Source of the DNA: Sphaerobacterales bacterium
GTDB lineage: Bacteria > Chloroflexota > Chloroflexia > Thermomicrobiales > UBA6265
Assembly: GCA_040376155.1 (NCBI GenBank)
Contig: JBEIRG010000003.1
Location: 1 to 34,765 of the forward strand
Reading direction: 5' to 3'
Length of the DNA: 34,765 nt
The notes beneath the pieces are model-generated. The model was not told where the DNA came from. It saw only the letters and a program-made list of their open reading frames with translations, and ran no database searches. Shown one piece after another: positions 28,447-34,765 of this stretch (positions within the stretch are counted from its first letter, which is position 1; each line of letters opens with the position of its first letter). The position numbers and the translations under genes are program-made.

Positions 28447-28986
28447 TCAGGCGAAGAGCGCGCCGAGATCCAGCGAGAAGCCGGGGAGGACGTCGCCGCC
28501 GTCGAGGGTGTCGGCGGCGGTGAGCCAGCGGGCTGCGCCGTCCGGGGCGTATTCGGTGAGGGTGGAGGTTGCGGGATCGACGATCCAGACAAGCCGGACG
28601 CCGAAATCGAGGTACATGCGCACCTTGTCGAGGATGTCGCTTGCCGAGTTCGACGGGGAAAGAACCTCGACCGCCAGATCGGGCGCGATCGGCAGGAATC
28701 CAGGGGCGCCGCGGGGCGGAACCCGATCGGCGGCGATGAAGGCGACATCCGGGGCAAGCACGGTGTCGGGGTTGCGACCGACGATGAATCCGAGTTCGCC
28801 GCCGACCGGCCCGGCCCGTCGGGGCGCGGCCCAGCGATGAAGCTCCCCGATGAGGCGGCCTGTCAGGAGAAAGCGGTCGAGGCCGGTTGGCGACATCGGC
28901 TGCAATTCTCCCCGGATGAGTTCGCCCTGCTCGGATTCAGGCAGCGCCAGCAGATCTTCAGCGGTCAGGAGTACTGTGGCGGCCAT
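28447..28986 (-). CDS. Uma2 (DUF820) family endonuclease, tandem paralog
   Basis: ELIRG, LAPDVAFI, APDLAVEVLSPSN, KVRMYLDFGVRLVWIVDP; same 540-bp length as its neighbour. Confidence 0.92.
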   Translation of the reverse strand: MAATVLLTAEDLLALPESEQGELIRGELQPMSPTGLDRFLLTGRLIGELHRWAAPRRAGPVGGELGFIVGRNPDTVLAPDVAFIAADRVPPRGAPGFLPIAPDLAVEVLSPSNSASDILDKVRMYLDFGVRLVWIVDPATSTLTEYAPDGAARWLTAADTLDGGDVLPGFSLDLGALFA

Positions 28987-29057
28987 TGGCTTCCTCCCGG
29001 CGGCGGGAATCACGCAGCGTTGATCGGATGATACGCCCGGCATGGGCTGGTGGGTAG

Positions 29058-29093
29058 CCGACGGCCCCGGCGAATGGTCGCCGGGGCCGTCGG
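29058..29093. terminator. 16-bp perfect hairpin after the subtilisin stop
   Basis: CCGACGGCCCCGGCGA-atgg-TCGCCGGGGCCGTCGG. Confidence 0.7.
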
Positions 29094-29112
29094 TTTCGAT
29101 GTTCGATGCGGA

Positions 29113-31023
29113 TTACTTCTTCCCGTGCTTCACGATGGTGATGACCTGCTTGCCGGATTCCACGCTCGCCTTGCCGGCCTTCGCGTTCTTCCCGCCGCGG
29201 TCCTTAGCCGGGGCGTTGCGGACAGTCCCGGACTTGCTGACGGTGATCGTCCGGTGGGCGGACTCGCCGCGGTTGCCGGCCTTGTCGTAGGCCACCGCGT
29301 AGAGCTCGTAGACGCCAGCGCTGCCCTTGACGTTGATGCTGTACGGAGCGGTCGAATCGCTGCTGATCTTGGCGCAGGCGCCGGAGACGCAGTACCAGAA
29401 CTCGACCCGGGCGATGCCGGAGGCGTCCGTCGCGTTAGCCTTCATGGTGAAGGTCTGCTGGACCGAGCTGGTCGGGCTGGTGAGGGTGACGCTCGGCGCG
29501 GTGGTGTCGGGGCCCGGGGTCGCGGTCGCAGTCGGTGACGGCGTCGCGGTTGCGGTCGCGGTGGGGCTCGGGCTTGGCGTCGCGGTCGGGCTGGGGCTGG
29601 GGCTCGGGGTCGCGGTCGTGGTCGGGCTGGGCGACGGCGACGCGGTGGGGCTCGGGGTCGGCGTCGGGCCGCTGCCGTTCAGGTTGCGGACGTTGAGAAC
29701 GCCCTCGTTGATTACGTCCTTGTCGCCGATGAGGGCGATCTGGTCGCGGTTGGCCTGGAGCGCGGCCTTGACCTGGGCCGGGGTCGCACCCGGGTTCTGG
29801 GCGAGGTAGAGGGCGGCCGCGCCGGCGACGTGCGGGGACGCCATGCTGGTGCCGCTCATGGTGCCGAGGGTGTTGCCCGGCATGGTCGACCTGACGGAGA
29901 CGCCCGGAGCGGCGATGTCCACATCCGCGCCATAGTTGCTGAAGGAGGCCAGCGCGTCGCCTGCCGAAGTGCCGTCCGTGTCATTCAGCGCCGAGACGGT
30001 GATCACCTCGTCGTACTGGGCGGGAACGTAGCCCTTGGAATCCTTGGCGGAGTTGCCGGCCGCGACGACCACGGTGACGCCCGCGGCCACGGCCCGGCAG
30101 ACGGCGTTGTGCATGACATCCCGGCCGCCGCAGGCGCTTTCGTAGGTGGCGGCGCCGCCGAGGCTCATGTTGGCGACGTCGACCTTTGCGGCCGCCGCGG
30201 CATCGAGGGCGCAGGCGATCCAGGAGTCGTAGGCGCCGCCGTTCTGGAAGACGTTGACCGACCAGATCCGGGCGCCGGGGGCGACGCCGACCACGCCCGT
30301 GCCGTTGTCGATGGCCGCGATGGTGCCCGCGACGTGGGTGCCGTGGCCGATGCCGAGTTCGTTGCCGCTGACGGACCCATCCACGCAGTCGGCGCGGGAG
30401 ACGACGTTGAGGTCGGGGTGGTAGTCGACGAGTTCGTCGATGACCATCACGTCCGCGTCGACGCGCTCATCGATGCCGTCGATCTTGGCGAGGGGATTGG
30501 AGGTGGCCTGGATGCGGGTGATGCCGAGCGGCGTCACCTGGGCGTCGAGGAACACCTTGCGAGCGGCCTCGACCGAGACCACCTTCGGGTCCTTCGCGAC
30601 CTTGCGGGCCTGCTCGGGGGTCATCTTGCCGGCGAACCCCTTGAAGAGGTTGCGGTAGACGTGGGTCGGCTTGAACCCCTGCGCCTTCGCGAGGTCGAGC
30701 GCGGCGGCCTTCGGGTCCTTCACGCCGGTCTTGAAGATGACGTTGTATAGAAGGGCGCCCGTCGGCTCGGCCGGGGTGACTTCCTTGATGACGCCGGTCT
30801 CGATCGGGCGCTGGCGGTCCTTCCGGGCCGCTTCCTCAGCGGTCAGGAGGCCGGTCTGGGCGCCCTGCGCCGAGCGGGGCGCGGCCTGTTCGCGGGCCAC
30901 CCGCTCGTGCTTCTTGCCGCTGCCCGCGGCATTGGGGTTGCCGGCCCGGTCTCCAGCGACCGCGGGTATGACCGTCGAGCATGCCAGCAGCAACGCGAGA
31001 AGGAAGGTGAATCGTGACCGCAT
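29113..31023 (-). CDS. Secreted S8 subtilisin-like serine protease with I9 propeptide, Pro/Thr linker and Ig-like (Big) domain
   Basis: Sec signal MRSRFTFLLALLLA; I9-like HVYRNLFKGFAG; triad VMVID / HGTHVAGTIAA / GTSMASPHVAG; (TPSP)n linker; DTTAPSVTLTSP...ATDASGIARVEF...AVAYDKAGN. Confidence 0.93.
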   Translation of the reverse strand: MRSRFTFLLALLLACSTVIPAVAGDRAGNPNAAGSGKKHERVAREQAAPRSAQGAQTGLLTAEEAARKDRQRPIETGVIKEVTPAEPTGALLYNVIFKTGVKDPKAAALDLAKAQGFKPTHVYRNLFKGFAGKMTPEQARKVAKDPKVVSVEAARKVFLDAQVTPLGITRIQATSNPLAKIDGIDERVDADVMVIDELVDYHPDLNVVSRADCVDGSVSGNELGIGHGTHVAGTIAAIDNGTGVVGVAPGARIWSVNVFQNGGAYDSWIACALDAAAAAKVDVANMSLGGAATYESACGGRDVMHNAVCRAVAAGVTVVVAAGNSAKDSKGYVPAQYDEVITVSALNDTDGTSAGDALASFSNYGADVDIAAPGVSVRSTMPGNTLGTMSGTSMASPHVAGAAALYLAQNPGATPAQVKAALQANRDQIALIGDKDVINEGVLNVRNLNGSGPTPTPSPTASPSPSPTTTATPSPSPSPTATPSPSPTATATATPSPTATATPGPDTTAPSVTLTSPTSSVQQTFTMKANATDASGIARVEFWYCVSGACAKISSDSTAPYSINVKGSAGVYELYAVAYDKAGNRGESAHRTITVSKSGTVRNAPAKDRGGKNAKAGKASVESGKQVITIVKHGKK

Positions 31024-31234
31024 CGCAGGTCTCCCGTTCGCAGGTTCCATGGGCCCGGCGCCTCCGGGGCGGCCATGGCCTGCGTTGATGGATCAAGTGT
31101 GTGCTATCGCGGACGCGCCGCAATCGTGGAATTGACGGATTTTCCCCTACTCCAAAACAGGGAAGCAACGCTGACAGACATGGTGCGCGGTCTGCGCCTC
31201 ATGTGCCGGTCGCCTGCGCCACGCCGCCAGCGGG

Positions 31235-32539
31235 TCACGCCGGGACGAGGAAGGCGGCCTCGTGCGGCTGGAGCGTGAGATCGCCCGGGACCGGCGACGG
31301 ATCGAGCCGCCACCCGACGGGGATCGCGCCGTCTGCCGGGAGGTTGCCGCCGCCGCTGGGGATCAGGCGGTTCATCGGGGCGGGAGGGGTCCACGTCGCC
31401 GGGGCGTCGCCGGGGTTGACGACGACGGCGCCGCCCTGGAACCGGCGGACGTAGAGATCGCCCTGCCGGAAAGCGTCGATGGTGGCAGGCAGCGGGTCGA
31501 TCGCGGCGCCGGTGGGAAGATCGTATTCCGGGAACCAGGCGGGGGCGAATCCGGTTTCGAGGTTCACGAATGCATGATCGCCGCGCACCAGCAGGTAGGA
31601 GCCGACGATGAACATCCGCGCCTGCACATCGCCCGCCCCGGGATAGGACTGCGCGATGAGCACCCGGCCGATGGTGGTGATGCCGAGCGCGCGGTTCATC
31701 TGCAGCGTCCAGTCGCCGGTGGCGAAGGTCGAACCGGAAGCCGGCTGGGCGAAACCCTCGATCATGACGCCGGTTGCGCCGCGGTAGTCGGTCGTGTCGC
31801 GGGAGGTGACCCACCAGCCGGCGTTGGCGATGACCGGAATGTCGAGGCGCGTGCGGACCCACGGCAGCCAGCGCTGGATGCGAGCGCTCCACGCCTGCTC
31901 GAACGATGGGGCGTAGGCGGCAATCGGGGGGGAGAAGGTCCCGAGCTGGTTCGGGACCGAGACGGAATCGAGGAAAAGCGCGTCCGCGTCGTTGTCTGCG
32001 AGTTGCGCGCGGACCTGCTTCGACCACCACGACCGCCAGGAGGCGCGATCGGTGTTCACGAGATACCAGCCCCAGTCGCAGAGATAGCGGCGCGCCTTGC
32101 CGGGGGCGGCGCCCTTGAACCAGTCGGGATCGATGTCCGCCGCCCGCGGCCATTCGCGGATCCAGCGGTTGCCATCGATGATGCGAATCCACTCCCCGGC
32201 GGCGTTGCACCCCGCGGTCGACGCCCGGTAACCAAGCCCGAGCCCGACCCGGTAATGCATCACGATGAAGGACGGATTGGCCCGGTGCAGGCGGTCCGTG
32301 AAGGCGCGGGGAACCTTCTGCGCACCATCCATATGGGAGGTCACGAAGTCGAGCTGGGCGTCGGAGATATTGGTGTCCAGCTGGTCATCGAAGACGTGAA
32401 TGCGGTCGCGGGTCAACGGGAAGGCAGATGCGCCGAAGTCGTCCACCGCGCAGATTGCGGCGGGAAGCAGCGAGCCTGCGACGAGCGCGGCGACCGCGAG
32501 CAGACCTGCCAGCCGGGAGCGGCGGACGACCGGGCGCAT
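31235..32539 (-). CDS. Secreted putative glycoside hydrolase (TIM-barrel, GHL15-like)
   Basis: Signal peptide; ADALFLDSV and GVMIEGF acidic motifs; C-terminal LYVRRFQGGAVVVNP typical of hypothetical GH families. Confidence 0.6.
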   Translation of the reverse strand: MRPVVRRSRLAGLLAVAALVAGSLLPAAICAVDDFGASAFPLTRDRIHVFDDQLDTNISDAQLDFVTSHMDGAQKVPRAFTDRLHRANPSFIVMHYRVGLGLGYRASTAGCNAAGEWIRIIDGNRWIREWPRAADIDPDWFKGAAPGKARRYLCDWGWYLVNTDRASWRSWWSKQVRAQLADNDADALFLDSVSVPNQLGTFSPPIAAYAPSFEQAWSARIQRWLPWVRTRLDIPVIANAGWWVTSRDTTDYRGATGVMIEGFAQPASGSTFATGDWTLQMNRALGITTIGRVLIAQSYPGAGDVQARMFIVGSYLLVRGDHAFVNLETGFAPAWFPEYDLPTGAAIDPLPATIDAFRQGDLYVRRFQGGAVVVNPGDAPATWTPPAPMNRLIPSGGGNLPADGAIPVGWRLDPSPVPGDLTLQPHEAAFLVPA

Positions 32540-32551
32540 GGCGAGCCTCCG

Positions 32552-34765
32552 TCAGGCAGGGACGATTTCGAGACGGACGCCGCTCTCGGTCACCGGCACG
32601 CCGCGGATGACGAGCAGGCCGTCGCCGTCCGGGGTCACCGTTCCGGTGTCGATCTGCCCGTTGCCGGAGACGTTGCGCGTCGTCCAGCGATAGGTGCGGC
32701 CAGCCTGGATGTCGAAGGTCTGCACCCGGCGCGGCACGACGGTGACGACGTGATCGACCCCGTCGATGCTGCGCAGGGAGATGCGCCAGCGGGTTGTCTC
32801 GTCGACGGGCGCGCCATCCCATGCCATCCACGAGGAGGACCATTGAAGCCCGAGACGCCAGCTCGCTTCGTGATCCGGCGCGGCCCGGAAGGAGACGCGC
32901 GGGCAGGTTCCGGTGCAGGGGGCGCACTTCTTCTTCTGGGCTTTCTTGCCCTTCCTGCCCTTCTTGCCTTCGCAGACGTTGGAGCAGCACTGGCTGCCGC
33001 GGGTGCAGCGACCGCCGGAGGCGCGGCAGGTCGAGCCGCTGCCGCCGCCGCCGTTCCCGCCACCGCCATCATTGCCGCCATCATTGCCGCCATCATTGCC
33101 GCCATCGTTGCCGCCATCGTTGCCGCCGCCGCCACCGCCGCCGGATGGATCCTGATCGTCAGCGGCGATGCCGGGGACGGTCTCCGAGAGGACGGCGCGG
33201 AACGCGGCGAAGGGCACAAGCGAGTCGTCGACGCCGAAGTTGCGCTGCAGGCCATTCCAGCCGGTCCACGAGTGGCCCATGTCGATGGTGACCCCGCCGA
33301 TGGCCTGCCCCGCGCCTTCGAGACTGGTGTAGAAGGGACGGCCTTGCGTGGGCCATTCGATGATGTCGTCCTGCAGGCCGTGGGCGACGCCGAAGGGAAC
33401 CATGTCATCGCGGCGGCGGCGCAGGAGCTGGGCGGTGTGATCCTGCCAGGTCCAGACGCCGGTCCCATCGTATCGCTGGAGATGATCGGCCCAGCCACGG
33501 GGGGCGCGGATCGCGACGGGAAGATCGAGATCGATCGCCCCCCATTTCCAGGCGACGTCGGTGCGCCAGTCGGCGCCGCCGCCGTCGCCGGAGGTGGCGT
33601 AATCGGTCATCGGTTCGCCGGCATAGGCGGCGGCAAAGGGTTTCGGATAGCGGGTCGCCATGGCGAGGGTGCCGGAGCCGCCCATCGAGCTGCCATAGAG
33701 ATAGACCCGCTCGGGGTCGATGCGGGAGCCGAGGACCGGGTCGCGGAGGGCGTCGTGAACCATCCGCAGGAGGCGCTGCTCGGTGAAATTGGCGATGCGG
33801 TCTCCGTTGGCGGGGGCTGCGCCGGTGCGGAAGTCGCAATCCTCCGCGAAACCGAACCACCAGGTCTGGGCAGTGTCGATCGGCCGAACCTCCCAGCCGC
33901 AGAAGTAGGGCGAGCGGTTGAGGTCGCGGCCGTTTGCGTCGCCGGACCAGCCGTGCAGCGAGACGTGGAGCGGCATCACGGTGGGCACGATGCCGTCGCG
34001 GCAGTTGCCGGGATTGGGTGCGGCGATGACGAAGGTGTAGGCGTAGGCGAGGGCGTGGTCGAGGCGTGGATCGGTCTCCGAGAGGCCGAGGAGGCGATTG
34101 TCGACGGTGGTTGGAGCATGGAAGGTGGGGTTCCAGGTGTGGAGGTCCATGTACTGGATGTAGACGCGCACGTCGCCGCTCGCTTCGGTGCGGGCGAGAA
34201 CGGGCCGAGGGTCGGCGACCGATTCCGCGACCGGGCCGGTCTGCTGGGGCGTCTCGGGCGCGCCGGCGGCGGGAACGACGACGACGGCATAGTGGGCATT
34301 CGCGGCGAGGTCGATCTCATGCTGGTCGGGAGTCCAGACGAGGAGGCCCGTGCCGTCCGCGAGTTGGGAGCCGCCGTTCTCGATGACGGCGCGCTCGACG
34401 TAGCGCCACTGCCAGTCGTAGTCGCTGCCGCCGTTCTTGAAGCGCTCGGTCCAGATGCAGGATGACCCGGGCCCGACCTCCGCGAGAAGCTGGGCTTGCG
34501 CGAGGTTGCCGGAGGTGATCGCCACGGAATGGCGGTAGACGCGGTACCGCTCGCCGGTGAGATCGGCGCGTTCGGTCCAGGTGATGAAGGTCTGGCCGTT
34601 GCGATGGGCGGCAGACGGGGCAGCCAGCGGGGAGATGCGAGTGGACATCCGCGGGTTGGACCGGGTTCGGACGCGGCGGTTGCGCCCGGCGCCCGACGCA
34701 GCCGCTGTGGCAGATGACCGCGCGGCCCTGGCGGCAAGCGGCGCGGCGATCAGCGCCGCACGTCC
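32552..34765 (-). CDS. Alpha/beta-hydrolase-fold protein (5'-partial) with an inserted Gly/Asn linker and Cys-knot-like module
   Basis: VSLHGW and IDPERVYLYGSSMGGSG nucleophile elbow, HGLQDDII, MGHSW. The frame stays open from 34648 to the window edge (GRAALIAAPLAARAA...), so the true start probably lies outside the window. Confidence 0.75.
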   Translation of the reverse strand, partial: GRAALIAAPLAARAARSSATAAASGAGRNRRVRTRSNPRMSTRISPLAAPSAAHRNGQTFITWTERADLTGERYRVYRHSVAITSGNLAQAQLLAEVGPGSSCIWTERFKNGGSDYDWQWRYVERAVIENGGSQLADGTGLLVWTPDQHEIDLAANAHYAVVVVPAAGAPETPQQTGPVAESVADPRPVLARTEASGDVRVYIQYMDLHTWNPTFHAPTTVDNRLLGLSETDPRLDHALAYAYTFVIAAPNPGNCRDGIVPTVMPLHVSLHGWSGDANGRDLNRSPYFCGWEVRPIDTAQTWWFGFAEDCDFRTGAAPANGDRIANFTEQRLLRMVHDALRDPVLGSRIDPERVYLYGSSMGGSGTLAMATRYPKPFAAAYAGEPMTDYATSGDGGGADWRTDVAWKWGAIDLDLPVAIRAPRGWADHLQRYDGTGVWTWQDHTAQLLRRRRDDMVPFGVAHGLQDDIIEWPTQGRPFYTSLEGAGQAIGGVTIDMGHSWTGWNGLQRNFGVDDSLVPFAAFRAVLSETVPGIAADDQDPSGGGGGGGNDGGNDGGNDGGNDGGNDGGGGNGGGGSGSTCRASGGRCTRGSQCCSNVCEGKKGRKGKKAQKKKCAPCTGTCPRVSFRAAPDHEASWRLGLQWSSSWMAWDGAPVDETTRWRISLRSIDGVDHVVTVVPRRVQTFDIQAGRTYRWTTRNVSGNGQIDTGTVTPDGDGLLVIRGVPVTESGVRLEIVPA
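33063..33122. repeat. 12-bp tandem repeat encoding (NDGG)5
   Basis: CCGCCATCATTG x3 followed by CCGCCATCGTTG x2. Confidence 0.9.

Noticed and set aside
31262-34465. 1067-aa + strand ORF and other long overlapping ORFs (e.g. 1080..2987, 7456..8883, 14620..16074, 20315..22060)
   Set aside because: Antisense or alternative-frame shadows of well-supported genes; Arg/Gly/Ala-rich with no motifs.

Overview
High-GC bacterial chromosomal window. The protein families and leader styles suggest Chloroflexota/Thermomicrobiales (inference). Housekeeping and accessory genes include an MqnA-like protein, pheA, thpR, a TIGR00725 protein, hemY, glgP, an LppX/LprAFG-like protein, a GNAT, two tandem Uma2 nucleases, a BrnT-type toxin-antitoxin pair, a subtilisin, a putative glycoside hydrolase, and a divergent Tat-exported flavin oxidase/tyrosinase pair. 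The most striking pattern is a modular secreted-protein system. Four genes (2804, 4383, 22216, 24330) share an 'MDxxxFDxxxRxL...RRxGV'-type twin-arginine-like leader and a 'GPC'-initiated tandem double C-C-CC-C-C (cystine-knot-like) module. This module is fused to three unrelated cargo types: a beta-helix (twice), Cys repeats plus a YfaP-like domain, and a collagen/YadA-like fibre with a phage S74 chaperone. A similar Cys module is inserted in an alpha/beta hydrolase at the right end. The four genes form two pairs, each beside a STAND-type regulator (XRE-ATPase-TPR, or MalT/LuxR) with its own repeated upstream DNA motif. No CRISPR array, tRNA/rRNA, transposase or prophage was recognised.
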